Below are positions 13,156 through 28,167 of a stretch of DNA of 64,000 nucleotides, in pieces. Made by a program: the position numbers and the translations under genes. This DNA comes from Octopus vulgaris (Eukaryota). Positions within the stretch are counted from its first letter, which is position 1. Each line of letters starts with the position of its first letter. The notes under the pieces were generated by a model that was given only the letters and a program-made list of their open reading frames with translations, ran no database searches and was not told the origin of the DNA. Location of the stretch: the NCBI GenBank assembly GCA_951406725.2, contig OX597837.1, positions 2,418,001 through 2,482,000 of the forward strand. The letters run 5' to 3'.

Positions 13156-13639
13156 AATAACAAAAATTATCATTATACCTGCATTTGTATTAATATTAAT
13201 AATGAAAAAATGCATTTCCTTCGTAAAACATATGTATATGTGTATGTATGACTGTGCGTGTGTGTATATATATATGCATGTATATATATACATATATACA
13301 TATGTGTGTGTGAGAGTGTGTGTGTGTGAGAGTGTGTGTGTGTGAGAGAAAGAGTGTGTGAGTGTGTGTGCGTGTGTGTGTGTGTGTGTGTGTTATTATT
13401 TAGTTTTATTTCAAGACTTTTTGCCAATAGAGAAAGAGCCGGTTTCTAATCTAGATCCAAGGCTCTTTCATTGCATTTCAGCATCAACAACAGAGTATTT
13501 TTGTATGTATGCGTGTATGTATGTATTTACGCGTGTATGTATATAAGTATGTATGCATATGTGCGGATTTGTATATTTTGTTTTATGTGTGTATTCTCGT
13601 GCATTTAGTTGCATATCTAGACATGCTCACATATATTAT

Positions 13640-14700
13640 AAATATATGAGCATGTCCGGAAAGTTTTACAAATTTTTACAGATCTGTAGTCTTCGAATTA
13701 GGTTTCTCCTTTCTGGTTTTGAGAAGCCTAATTTTTCAAGATTGGTATTTCGGCAGTGAGTTACGTATCCCAGGGCCCTAATAAATAAAAGTATAAGCAT
13801 GAAATTGTAACCTACATAGAGTAACTGCAAATTTCTCAATAGTTCAGCGTAGGTATTCTCTTTTTCACAGATCTTCCTCTTTACAGCTGATTTCCACAAC
13901 TGTACGCAGTGTCTCTTCTCTATCCCAAATTATCATATCAGATCTGTTGTGCTTACATTTTATTGACGTTTTCACTGGGACATTCTACCAGTACTCCTCT
14001 TTATTATGAGTGGCTATGGCTTCTATCATACTGTGGGTTCTTATTTTTTCTCCTCAGAGGTATCCTTACGATGGATTTCATTATAGAGTGTCCTAGCTAC
14101 AACGTCATGTCTCATCGGTAGATAATACCGTGATGACATTTTCGGACACACTGCTTATGATGTGGATGATATCTTCGGTGTTAACTCCACAAAGTCTGCA
14201 TCAGTTATCACATTGTTCTGCTTTTCCTGCATCTCTGTCCCTTTTACACATCAGGTATTAGGTTGATATTTCCTGTTCCTGGATTGCAAACGCATGCACT
14301 TCGAAGTGGAAGTTAGAAATCCGGTTATTGGTCCATGATAGACTGCTTTGATGATTGATGTTACTATCATCCCGGAGCTTTCTACTAACATATCCATGCA
14401 GGGTCCTTTGCTGATATACGCTCATCCTCTCATCTGATGATAAGCTGCAGTAGAATCGTGCGACTTCCTTCGGCATTTCTTTAATGTTATCAGACAAAGA
14501 ATGTTGCTCAAGGAGCTGCTTTCCATGTCTTATGATGTCATCAACCACACGCATGCAAACTTGGTCAAGGGATGTACTTTGACACTTGGGGGTTAAAAGA
14601 TATTGCCGAATGGATATGATGCGATATTCAAGGGCATTTTGGGTCGATGTTAAGCCTCTTCCCCTTGTTTTCGTTTTAGGTAGAGGCGGTCTACGTCATT
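13640..14700 (-). mobile_element. Degenerate R4-like non-LTR retrotransposon 3' region
   Basis: DVDRLYLKRKQGGRGL (14655-14700), LHGY...AFAIQEQEIST, CRLCGVNTEDIIHI, MRHDVVA, VVEISC, KENTYAELLRNL. Confidence 0.8.
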
Positions 14701-14789
14701 GTTTATTTATGTATTTATGTATGTAGACACACAAACACACACACACACATACACACACACACACACAACACAGATACACACACATACGG

Positions 14790-15060
14790 AAATTGAAGGT
14801 ACTTTGCCAATATAACATTGGAAGTGACACTTTAAAGAAGGAAGCACATAGTCAAGTACCTGGAGGAGGTAGTGCTGCCCTGGGTCAAGAGGGTTGCTAC
14901 TGGAAGACGCCATGTCTGGAAACAGAATTCTGAACCATACTACACAAGAAGGAGAACCTAGTCATGGGTGTCAGATAATTTCTGCGACCACATCACCCCT
15001 AACATCTGGTCACCTAACTCTCCAGACAGCAACCTCCTTGATTATTATGTGTGGGGTGCA
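14790..15060 (+). mobile_element. DD37D (maT-like) transposase fragment
   Basis: VWKQNSEPYY...NIWSPNSPDSNLLDYYVWG; near-identical to 18465-18670 on the opposite strand. Confidence 0.75.
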
Positions 15061-15468
15061 TAGACTGAGAGAGAAGAAGATAAAGAGCCTAGAAGAGACA
15101 CAGCGAGAAAGGAACGTGAAGAGATTACTAGAGAGATGTTAGCGAGCCTTGATACTAAATACCAAAGTGATTATGGAGATATTAAGTAAGACGAAAAATT
15201 AATATATTCTGTAGATGTGCCAGTTGTTCGGAATTTCGTTTGACATGAGTCGTCCAACATATAATAATAGGTGTATGGACAGAATAGACACCATTCTCCA
15301 TCAAAATACTTGGTATATCTATAATTTTTCAACTGTTTCTAGTACCCAAGGTTTCTTATTGACAAAGATCAACAATTTATTTATCAGAATTCAAAACAAA
15401 AAGAATAATTTGTTTTTTTTGTCAGTTCGTTGCTAACATGTATATATATATATATATATGCATTTATG

Positions 15469-15533
<65 letters not shown>

Positions 15534-15654
15534 ATATGTATGTATATATATATATATATGTGTGTGTGTGTATGTATATATATATATATATACTAGCTGA
15601 AGGTGATCCGCTCTACGCGCGGGTAAGAGTGTGGTTGTAACTTTCTGTTGCTTC

Positions 15655-15969
15655 CTTTCAGCACGTAAAAAGCACCATCCGAACGTGGCCGATTGCAGCA
15701 CCGCCTTGACTTGCTTCTGTGCCGGTGGCATGTAAAAGCAACAACCGATCGTTGCCGCTGCGAGCCCCTCTGGCACCTGTGCCGGCAGCACGAAAAAGCA
15801 CCCACTACACTCACAGAGTGGTTGGCGTTAGGAAGGTCATCCACCTGTAGAAACACTGCCAGATCAGACTGGAGCCTGGTGCAGCCTCCTGGCTTCCCAG
15901 ACCCCGGTGACACTGTCCAACCCGTGCTAGCACGGAAAACGGACGTTAAACAATGATGATGATGATGAT
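15655..15969 (+). mobile_element. SINE-like fragment with (GAT)n tail (RTE-type tail) nested in the Helitron
   Basis: Internal repeats GGCA(C/T)GTAAAA(A)GCA, GTGGTTGGCGTTAGGAAGG.CATCCA.CTGTAGAAAC, ends GGACGTTAAACAATGATGATGATG. Confidence 0.65.
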
Positions 15970-17118
15970 TCTCCGTATTTGTTTCTCTCTCCTTTCTCTC
16001 TCACTTTCCCACTCTCTTACTTTTCTTTTCTCTCGGACTCTCCCTCGCTTTCTCTTACTCTCTATCTTTATCTATCTCTCTCCCATTTATAAACAACAGA
16101 AGATCTTGAGTAAGTTGAGAAATAAAATATTTAGAAAGATCAATCAGAAATATGAGGTAGTGGCAATGGAAAGGTCTGCTTCAAGGCAGACAGCAAAACG
16201 CTAACATATAAAAGGGACAGACAAACTTGCGAGCTGAATAAAAATAATAAAATATTGGAAACCAAAGTTTGAAGGGATAGAATCTGAGGATAGTAGAGTC
16301 ACCATGGTTGGCATTTGTTAACGACGGACAGCAACGTAGTGACAGTTTAACGGCTGGCGTAAAATTTTGAACTTGATGTAAAAGAAAATTCGTAAACACC
16401 AAGTTTTGAAGTGATTCTTTCTCACGACAGTAGACTCACCATGGCAAGCATTCAAAACTTCTTTATCATGGACGGCAACACATTGACGATTAAAAGGCTG
16501 GCGCAAATTTTTTAGCTTGATGTAACAGAGAATTCCTAAACACCCGCTCCTTGAAATTTTAATCCCTTTCCAGCCCCATTTAGACCCCTTTTCACATTTT
16601 GGTTAATATAACCCGATTTCATTCGGGTCTACTGGGGCCACATTTTATAAGATGAGGAATTTTGTCCTAGAGGTGACGCCTTTCATTTGAGGAAAAAAAT
16701 AGTTGTCATGCAAACTTGCCAGCACTTTTAACATAGGTGTGCATATTTTCAGCTGAATCGACCGACCACGTAATGCACACATTATATATATATATATATG
16801 TATATATATGTGTGTGTGTGTGTGTGCACGCATTATATATACAATTGTATACAAATGAGATATATATCTGTATAAATTAAATTAGAGATAAAACCACTAA
16901 TAGGCAAATCAAACAGTGAAAAACCAAAAACAAAAACATTAAAAAAAAATATAATATAGAAAATATATAAAATATAAAATTGAAAAATTTAAATTATTTA
17001 AATTGAAAATAAAAATTATTAAATTATATTTACAATTTGTTTAAAAATATATATAACTATGAAAAAGTATGAAAAAGTTTAATATACATAAATACAGATA
17101 TATACACTTTGTATATAT

Positions 17119-17335
17119 ACATTATATATACATATTTATATATAGAACACACACACATACATTATATATACATATTTATATATAGAACACACACACACAT
17201 ACATTATATATACATATTTATATATAGAACACACACACACACAAATACATTATATATACATATTTATATATAGAACACACACACATACATTTTATATATA
17301 TATTTATATATAGAACACACACACACACACACATA
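17119..17335. repeat. ~40-bp minisatellite, 5 copies
   Basis: ACATTATATATACATATTTATATATAGAACACACAC repeated with variable CA tract. Confidence 0.85.
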
Positions 17336-17754
17336 TAAATGAACGCAAGAATATCTGATTCATAATATTTGTTCTCATGCTCGTGTGTTGTTGGTGACGG
17401 ACATATACTTAAAAGAACGTCGCCGAAGTGATAGGAAGGTAGGAAACAGAGTCAGTGAAAAAGAAAGGAAATAGCGAGAGAGACAGATACTTTAAATAAC
17501 GGTAGTGGATATCTCAAAGTTATACATGAACGGGAGTAAGAGAGGGAAAGGAGGAAATAGCGTGAGTGAGGAAGATGGCCACTAGCAACCACACCTTTTA
17601 AGATAGGGATTTCTAAGGTAGCCCACGAGCATCGTCACCTCATTCTACATGTCCCTGTAAATTTTGGAGCGAATCGGACGGGATGTAGTGGCATTGAAAG
17701 CGATCCAAGCGGTAAAAACGCATTTCAGCTTTATAAATATATATATTCTCTCTT

Positions 17755-18160
17755 TTTCTCTTTTCTCTTTTACTTGTTTCAGTCATTTAACTGCGGCCAT
17801 GCTGGAGCACCGCCTTTAGTCGAGCAAATCGACCCCAGGACTTATTCTTTGTAAGCCCAGTACTTATTCTATCGGTCTCTTTTGCCGAACCGCTAAGTGA
17901 CGGGGACGTAAACACACCAGCATCGGTTGTCAAGCAATGCTAGGGGGACAAACACAGGCACACAAACATATACACACACACTTATATATATATATATACA
18001 TATATACGACAGGCTTCTTTCAGTTTCCGTCTACCAAATCCACTCACAAGGCATTGGTCGGCCCGGGGCTATAGCAGAAGACACTTGCCCAAGATGCCAC
18101 GCAGTGGGACTGAACCCGGAACCATGTGGTTGGTTAGCAAGCTACTTACCACACAGCCAT
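17755..18160 (-). mobile_element. Near full-length tRNA-derived SINE family B
   Basis: Minus strand TGGCTGTGTGGTAAG (A box)...CCGGGTTCAGTCCC (B box)...TTGGGCAAGTGTCTTC; other copies at 35810-36110, 47865-48220, 52635-52990. Confidence 0.85.
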
Positions 18161-18177
18161 CCATATATATATAAACA

Positions 18178-18986
18178 CAGGGTGCGATGGATATATGGTC
18201 GTCTAAATTATACAAAATTAAAATTAACACTGACATTTATTTCTAACAGATATATTTACCAAAGTTACATAAAGATATCTTGAAATACTGAAGAGTAAAT
18301 TTATTCAATAAAATCGCCATTGGCTTCAAGCACGGCTTCCAGACGACTTCAGAATCTCCTGCAACTCTTCTGGGCGGTTTCCTTGTTTAAGTTGGTCAAT
18401 GCTGCCATAATTCTTGCTTGAAGTTCCTCTTTGGTGTAACAAGGAGTTTTGTTGGTCTCTCGTTCAACTGCACCCCACACATAATAATCAAGGGGGTTGC
18501 AGTCTGAGGAGTTAGGTGGCCAGATGTTAGGGGTGATGTGGTCGCAGAAATTATCTGACAGTCATGACTGGGTTCTTCTTCTTGTGTAGTATGGTTCAGA
18601 ATTCTGTTTCCAGACATGGGGTCTTCCAGCAGCAACCCTCTTGAACCATGGCAGCACTACCTCCTCCAGGTACTTTATTTAGGCCTCCGTGTTGAGTCTG
18701 AGGCCATGTAGGAAGGTGAATAGAGGCATAACGTGGCCATCACCAGTGATTATCCAAATATCATAATGCTGACTGGTTGTTTGACTTTTATCACCCTCGG
18801 TACATGTTTTGGGGACACGGTAAGGTAACGGTGTTCACCATCTGATCACCACATGGTGTTGTTTTTCTCACAGACGGTGCCCAAATGACCCTACTATAGC
18901 GTGTAGTCGACAAAAAGCCAAAACAAACAATGCGCATGTGCGAAATTAAAAGCATGATATGGCAACAATTTACCCATCACACCCTA
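18178..18986 (-). mobile_element. Internally deleted DD37D (maT-like) element with imperfect TIRs
   Basis: TIRs CAGGGTGCGATGGATATATGGTCGTC / TAGGGTGTGATGGGTAAATTGTTGCC; QN(D->N) then 37 codons to WPPNSSDCNPLDYYVWG. Confidence 0.8.
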
Positions 18987-19011
18987 CATATATATATACT
19001 GTGAAAGAGAG

Positions 19012-19048
<37 letters not shown>

Positions 19049-19472
19049 TGCTTGCATACATTTATATATATAGTCATATATAAATAACTTGTGTGTGAAT
19101 ATGTATGTGCCTATGGGTATATACAAGTGTCAGCATATGTATTAGCTACGTAATTAATCTATTTCTAAACATGAATGTGATATATATATGTGTGTGTATG
19201 TGTGCATTTGTATGTGTGTGTGTGTGCGTTTGTATGTGTGTGTGTGTGTGTGCGTTTATGTGTGTATGCGTATGCACAAACAACTGTGTGTGTGTGTGTG
19301 AGAGAGAGAACTATACACATTGGTACAATGGGCCGAGCATGTTCATGTATTTTGTATATATAAATCTCCTAGCAAGCAGCTTTGTTGCTCTACGTATGAG
19401 CTGAGGGCATTTGTCTATGAAGCCATTTCATACATACATTCATACATACATACACTCTCAAATACATGTGTA

Positions 19473-19509
<37 letters not shown>

Positions 19510-19859
19510 ACTCCCAAGTGTGTATATACTTATTTATAGCGCAATTTGAGTACACGGGTTTGAATTTCCACACAAATCAGATGGCACTCATAAAACACGT
19601 CTTCCATGGACTGCGAGGAAATGCAGTAAGTTTTCGATATATATATATATATAGACTCACAAACAACCGGTGAGATGCTCACATACCTATGTGCTGTGTT
19701 TATGTATGGGGATTGGGTGTGGGAATATTATATAAGAGACTGGCAGACAGGGATCGACTGAGCGTTAAGTAGTAGTTAGAAATATGTTTGTTTGTAACCC
19801 GCATTCCTCCGAAGAAGGAAATGTGATGCGCATGACATACATTAATTACCATTAAAACA

Positions 19860-19921
19860 TACATGTATGTATGTATGTATGTATGTATGTATGCATGTAT
19901 GTATGTATGTATGTATGTATG

Positions 19922-19952
<31 letters not shown>

Positions 19953-19960
19953 TATGTATG

Positions 19961-19992
<32 letters not shown>

Positions 19993-20228
19993 CATGTATG
20001 TATGTATGTATGTATGCATGTATGTATGTATGTATGTATGTATGTATGTATGTCTGTACGTATGTATGTATATACGTATGTATGTATGTATGTTTATATG
20101 CATGTATGTATGTATGCATGTATGTATGTATGTATGTATGTATGTATGTTCGTATGTATGTATGTATGTATGTATATATGTATGTATGTATGTATATATG
20201 CATGTATGTATGTATGCATGTATGTATG

Positions 20229-20262
<34 letters not shown>

Positions 20263-20276
20263 TGCATGTATGTATG

Positions 20277-20310
<34 letters not shown>

Positions 20311-20352
20311 TGTATGTATGTATGTATGTATGTATGTATGTATGTATGTATG
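19860..20352. repeat. (ATGT)n microsatellite (diverged tract also at 51000-51540)
   Basis: Direct observation. Confidence 0.95.
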
Positions 20353-20982
20353 ATTATTTATATTCTCTCAAACACACACACATGTAGAAATTTATATATA
20401 TATGTGCGTGTGTATATGAATATATATATATACATATATATATGAGTTTATGTGCCACTGCAGATGTTTTTAGCAAGTGTGCATGCGATTGCAATGGTGT
20501 GACTAATGCATGGTGGAAACTGGAGACTAGAAATTGAGACGGTGATTGAAGTAGAGCGAGAAAGGAGAATCCGATAGTTTAAGATATATATATATATACT
20601 TAATATATTTATGTATGTATATATATATATACATACACACATGCACATACGCACACACACAGATATATATAGATATAGATATACATACATATATATTACA
20701 TGGAGATTTTATATGTCAGAATAAAATACCTGTTTGCTATAGAGAACTTAATAGGTTTACCAATGTTCATAGTTTTACGTCCAAATACTGATATTTAGCT
20801 CTGTGGCTTATTCTCTGTGTGTATATACATACATAATTACATAAATACATATATATATATATGTGTATTTATGTATATATATATATATGTATGCATGTAT
20901 GTATGTGTGTATGTATATGTATATATATGTTTGCATATGTATATATATATATATGTGTGTATGTGTATATATATATATATTA

Positions 20983-21037
<55 letters not shown>

Positions 21038-21060
21038 GTGTGTGTGTGTGTGTGTGTGTG

Positions 21061-21351
21061 TGGAGGTGCAATGGCCCAGTGGTTAGGGCAGCGGACTCGC
21101 GGTCGTAGGATTGCGGTTTCGATTCCCAGACCGGGCGCTGTGAGTGTTTATTGAGCGAAAATACCTAAAGCTCCACGAGGGGTGGTGGCGATCCCTGCTG
21201 TACTCTTTCGCCACAACTTTCTCTCACTCTTTCTTCTGTTGGCCTGCTCGCTTAGCCAGCGGGGTGCCGTCATTCGAAGGCTAAAACAAAGCGAAGCGCA
21301 TTGTGACCAGCGATGTGTAGCAACATCTGATGGCCTGGTCGGTCACGTGAT

Positions 21352-21360
<9 letters not shown>
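21061..21360 (+). mobile_element. tRNA-derived SINE
   Basis: A box TGGCCCAGTGGTT, B-box-like GGTTTCGATTCCC, ends GGTCACGTGATCACGTGA before (TA)n. Confidence 0.8.
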
Positions 21361-21388
<28 letters not shown>

Positions 21389-21657
21389 TTACACATACTG
21401 ACATACACATGTGATTCACACATGTGCACATATTCATTCACATGATCTCACAAACACCGAACAACATGTAACAGAAGCACACAAGCGCACACATACAGGC
21501 ATGCCCCTATACATTGCTTATATACCCGAAATATATTAAAGACATGCACCCATATATATATATATATATATATATATAGGTGTATATGTATATCTATGTA
21601 TATGTATGCATACACATATGCATGCGTACACATTTATACATACAAATGTACAAGTAC

Positions 21658-21751
<94 letters not shown>

Positions 21752-21780
21752 AAATAAGCAACAAGGATATCCAAAGGTAG

Positions 21781-21868
21781 TGCAGTACAATCGTTTCGTG
21801 CTACTTCATTTAATTAAACAATTTAAGTATTACACCAGTTTTAAAATTTAGAGCACTCATCAGCCACA
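21781..21868 (-). ncRNA. Type-I hammerhead ribozyme, intact core
   Basis: Minus strand: TGTGG-CTGATGA-GTGCT...AGCAC-GAAAC-GATT-GTA-CTGCA; stem I 5 bp (2 GU), stem II 5 bp. Confidence 0.85.
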
Positions 21869-22067
21869 TATGGAATTTTTTTTAAATTAAATTGACAATG
21901 TTCATTTTCCTACTTAATTCCATTTTCCATCATTACAAAGAGGGTAGGTATATAGACAGAGAGGTAAATCCCATCAACAGAAACATGGTAGTAAATGATC
22001 TTTACTCATGGGTAGATTTCTTATCACTGAATTCACTTTGATATTTAGATTTACTAGTGGGGAGGGG

Positions 22068-22157
22068 GTGTAGCTGACGATTACTCTAAATTTTAAAACT
22101 GATGTAATACTTACATTGTTTAATTAAATGAAGTAGCATGAAACGATTGTAATGCAC
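22068..22157 (+). ncRNA. Degenerate inverted copy of the 21781-21868 HHR
   Basis: GTGTAG-CTGACGA-TTACT...AGCAT-GAAAC-GATT-GTA-ATGCAC; stem II mismatched. Confidence 0.7.
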
Positions 22158-22279
22158 TACCTTTGGATATCGTTGTTGCTTATTTTGATTATAATCACCC
22201 CATTTGATTGATATGGATAATACCATACCAAATTCTGGTGCCTTTAACTTAAGTACCATATTCATAAATTTTTGCTGAA

Positions 22280-22325
<46 letters not shown>

Positions 22326-22333
<8 letters not shown>

Positions 22334-22494
22334 CAGGGCAAGACTGCTAGGTAGTCGGCCGTATGCTAGAAATAGATCATCAACGATCAAACTACAAAGA
22401 AAGTTCCTCTAGAGAACTTTCTTTGTAGTTTGATCGTTGATGATCTATTTCTAGCATACGGCCGACTACCTAGCAGTCTTGCCCTGCCAATATA
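22326..22494. repeat. Almost perfect palindrome with ~80-bp arms
   Basis: TTGGCAGGGCAAG...GAAAGTTCCTCT|AGAGAACTTTC...CTTGCCCTGCCAA; one unpaired C; follows a (TA)n tract. Confidence 0.95.
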
Positions 22495-22592
22495 CACATA
22501 TATTAGAATTTTCTCTGATTTCTCAGATTTTTTGTATGCTGGACTACTGGTTTTAAATTGATATTAAAATTAATATTAATTTATCTCCCTCA

Positions 22593-22674
<82 letters not shown>

Positions 22675-24983
22675 ATATATGTATGTATGTATGTATGCAT
22701 GTATGTATGTATGTATGTATGTATGTATGCATGCATGCATGTATGTATATTATATGTGTAGATGTTTAAACATACGCCCATACATGCATAGATATGTATA
22801 TATGTATGTATATTCTTTTTTTACTATTTTATTCTTTTTATTGTTTCAGTCATTTGACTGCAGCCATGCTGGACACTGCCTTAAATCAATTTGAACATTA
22901 TGTCAATTCGGCATCGTGTTACTCGAACATGAGTCAATTTCGGAACAAGTTATATATACATGTACACACGCACACACATATACATATATACATATATTTG
23001 TGTATATAAATATATAGATATATATATGTACATAAAAATATATGTGTGTGTATGTATGTATGTATACATATATCGTGTTCTGAGATTAACTTATGTTTGA
23101 GTAAACGATGCCAAATTGACATGAAGCTGACACCAAAATTGCACAGCACCACACCCTCCTTGAAATATAGTTTGTACGAAAACGAAAGAGATAACATTTC
23201 GACTATTGGTTCTAAAACAGCCAATGAAATCAACTGCATTCTGTAGCAGATGTTGTCGTTTAACTTGCCGCCATATTTGTCTCTTGACAATTAATTTTAT
23301 CTATAAAATGACACTATGTTTTACAAAATGCAATATATAATCGAACATCAATTAACGTGGGTAAAATTCTCTGGTATTGAAAATATAAGGAAGCGATCAC
23401 TTGAAAAGGTTATATAAAAGTATAAATATGGCGACAATGCGCAACAACCTTCAGAAATATATTTAGATAGCTATCAATACCGTATTTGATTGCACGTTGT
23501 CTTTCCAATACAATAGCGCAAAAAGTCACTCTGAATCCCATATTCAATGTTTGGCGTCCCATAAGCTAGAATGCCTTAAATACATTTTGCTCAATATTCG
23601 CTCTTGAAATTGGGTTGTGTCTCATATGGCTGTGTGTATTTTATGACATTAAATCAGTATAATGTTAAAGCTGCATAAATCCCAGGTACGCAAAGAATGA
23701 AGACTAGAAGCAATTTCAGGATTAATTAAGATTAAGTTTGGTCTTGTAGATTAATGATTCTAGCCAAAAATGAATTCCAGGTAGTATGAGTATTAAAATC
23801 AAAACTTTAAGAATTTTATTTGAAAGTGAAGAAATTTTAACGAATGACGCTGAAATTCTAGAAGTAGTTAAAGAAATACTTACTGCTAGTTTTGGTCCAT
23901 GTTTAGTTGTACCAAACTCAATCAGGAATTCTTTGTGATATTACAATTCACAAATAAAATTGTAGTCGGAAAATCTTTGTGGTATGAATTATTTGTATTC
24001 CGTTCGAAGAATTAACATTTTGGTGTAGGCAGAGAGCATTTTCGCGAAGAAGCCGGAAATGAAGAATTTAATAAAAATCAAAAACTATCTAAGGAAATTA
24101 CTGTAAAAGAAATATTTATATTTTGCGAATTTGAAAACTTCAAGCAAATCTTAATGTATATCTGCTCGATTGGTATTCAAATTCAATACCGCATGGCGGC
24201 GTAGATACGAATGCTGCAAGGAGCACGAGCGTCTGCCTCAGATTCTTATAAATAATAATTTCAAACTTTAAAATTTCAATAAAAATACTTGATCACCTTG
24301 AAAAACATTTCATTCTTAATTATGTTATCCCCAAGAATGAATAATGGATACTGATTTGGGCACAAGACCAGCAACTTAGAATTGAAAGTGTAGTCGATAG
24401 TACCTTATTCTATTGACCACGCAGGATTGAAATTCAAAACTGACCTCGGCGACTCATACAACTAACAGGGATTCTTCTGTCAGTTGATATTTCTATGTCA
24501 CTATATTACGTATGCGAGACTGAATCGTATATGCGTTGATACTTGTTCATACCCGAGTGAGTTACTTAACAAATAGTTATTCCATTGTTTTATATTTTAC
24601 CTGAAGCATTTGCGAGTTACGTAATGTACTGCGTAGTCAAAATAATTATATTATTCATACGTCAAAATCAAAAAATTATATAATGAAACAATTCTGGCAA
24701 CGCTGAAAGCCCCTTCTTCTGTTCTTATTATTATTTTACGCCACGGTAACGATTGCACTCATCGTTGACACTTTGGAATGCTATTGGAGTTGTGGATTAC
24801 CGAACAACTGAGAATGCGCTTCATCGATTGCGGATTACTTCAAGGTACGTTCTGCATAATTCTGTTTCAGCCAATCAGTGACGGGTTTCATGCGGTATGT
24901 CTCCAACATTTATGGACCCAACATAATTTGTATGTTTGAAAATGTATATACTTTTCTGTATAAATATGTATATATATATACAC

Positions 24984-25032
<49 letters not shown>

Positions 25033-25248
25033 CATGTATGCATCTAGGTATATATATATATGTGTGAATATATAGACATGGACATATAATTCCCTATATT
25101 TTGTATAAATGCATTATATGAATATATATATATATAATGCTATATACATGTATGTATATAACATATAATATATGCATACACGTAGTATGTATGTTTATAT
25201 ATTATATATAGATAAATAATTGTGATTTGTGTGTCTATAAGTGTCTAT

Positions 25249-25284
<36 letters not shown>

Positions 25285-25649
25285 CAAGCTAGTAAGAATC
25301 ATTTCAACACGAAAAAGCAAAACAGAAAGAAAGACAAACAAAAAAGCACAAAAAAGACTGGTTGAAGTCTTTCATTTGTTCATTCCACGTTCGATGTTTG
25401 CTGCTGTTTGTTTTTGTGTTTTCTTATTTCTGTTTTTAGTCTGTGTTTGTATTTATTTTTTATTCGTTTTTGTTGCAATTTATTGTACGTTCTGTAAATA
25501 TTTACTCAGTAAATCACATTAAATGCATAATATATATAATGGAGTCAGCTTCGCCCTTGTATACATACGGTTTATATGATACAGGCCTCGTCTCTCTATT
25601 AGCTGCTAACCATATCATCATAGCCTTCAACGCAATAATGTAAATGGTA

Positions 25650-26760
<1,111 letters not shown>

Positions 26761-27785
26761 CATTGCTTGCTTTTACTGGACAACAGAACGTTGTTTTGTG
26801 CCTCTTGGATACGTGCAGAGTTTTATTTCCTTTCGCTCTAGCTATTTACTTTCTACTGTACTGAAGGCACTCTACAAAAACCGGCTGCAGTCTCTACTAA
26901 AGCTATTCCCTTCATATACCGTTTATATGTTTGTACGGTTGGTGGTGTTGGTTATGTGGCTGGATAAATCTGTTTTAGTTATTCCCAAGGCATCAATTAT
27001 TATAAGGATCGCTTCTGTTTCCTTTTTATAACGACCGATTCACTGCGATCGAGCTACGATATCTTGTTTTTCTTCATTTCTGTGTGCTTTCTTCATTGAT
27101 TTCGTTCAGAATTGAAAGACCTTTTCTTTTATTCTCTACCTTATGTTTCTGAAATATTTGCTTTCCGCGTTCTTTGCTTGTGCTTCAACATTCCTATACC
27201 AGAGCATTTCAATGGCCACCCACTTTCTTTTATAACTGTTGCACATATTATTATGTTTATCCTAGTGATATTTATGTTCGTATCTGTTTGCATAACATCG
27301 ACTATGACCACGTTTGCGTTTTATTTCTATTGCTGTTATTTTATCGATCGGTTTTATAATTGTGATTGTTTTCCTTTGGTCAAGACGATGATCTATCAAC
27401 TATTTCCACATTTACATTATTGGCATATTCCAAATTTCCACGTTTTCAATACCCTATTCTTAAATCATTTTCATATTCTACTTTATTCATATTTCCTTTC
27501 ATTTCTATTGTTCTCTCTCGCCTTTAGTTGTTCCCTGTTGTGTAGATCACCAAGGGTTTCTTTCTGCTGTTTATTTACTTGGTTGTTTATTGTTTCTCCG
27601 TTTTTTTTTTGGTGGGGTGGGGGTTGTATGTTTACACGTGACACAAGTTCCTTTGTGATTTATGTTTTCGAAACTTGGCGTTTCTTGATTTACGGCAACA
27701 TTTAAACTTTTCGTGAAAGAGAAACAGTTTCTTTCACCGTATAAATCATCCATCCGGACCATGCATATATATGTACATGTGTGTG

Positions 27786-27841
<56 letters not shown>

Positions 27842-28020
27842 AACACACACATATATATATATATATATATGCATGTGTATGTGAGTGTGTGTTATATATT
27901 ATACACACTCAGAGATACATATATATCTAAATAAAAATAAATATATACGTACATATATATATTCAGATATACACACGCATACATATATGAGCATACACGC
28001 ACAATATATATGTATATTTA

Positions 28021-28069
<49 letters not shown>

Positions 28070-28086
28070 CATATATATACATACAT

Positions 28087-28167
<81 letters not shown>

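Larger units (their letters stand above)
15593..17745 (-). mobile_element. Non-autonomous Helitron with nested insertions
   Basis: Minus-strand 3' end CCCGCGCGTAGAGCGG hairpin followed by ...CAGCTAG|T at 15593; 5'-like end TATAT.TATAAAGCTGAAATGCG near 17720-17745; ~137-bp internal tandem duplication 16290-16545. Confidence 0.65.

Noticed and set aside
17119-17335. Regularly spaced repeats suggestive of a CRISPR array
   Set aside because: Spacers are just variable CA tracts; eukaryotic context, no cas genes
21061-21140. tRNA-like sequences here and at 9945, 48230, 51755
   Set aside because: No proper acceptor stem and they continue into repeat bodies; SINE heads, not tRNA genes
26855-26892. 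ACTGTA-CTGAAGG...AAAAACCGGC-TGCAGT HHR-like string
   Set aside because: Both core boxes mutated and no stem II
27112-27705. 197-aa hydrophobic ORF
   Set aside because: T-rich low-complexity composition, non-ATG start, no recognisable domain
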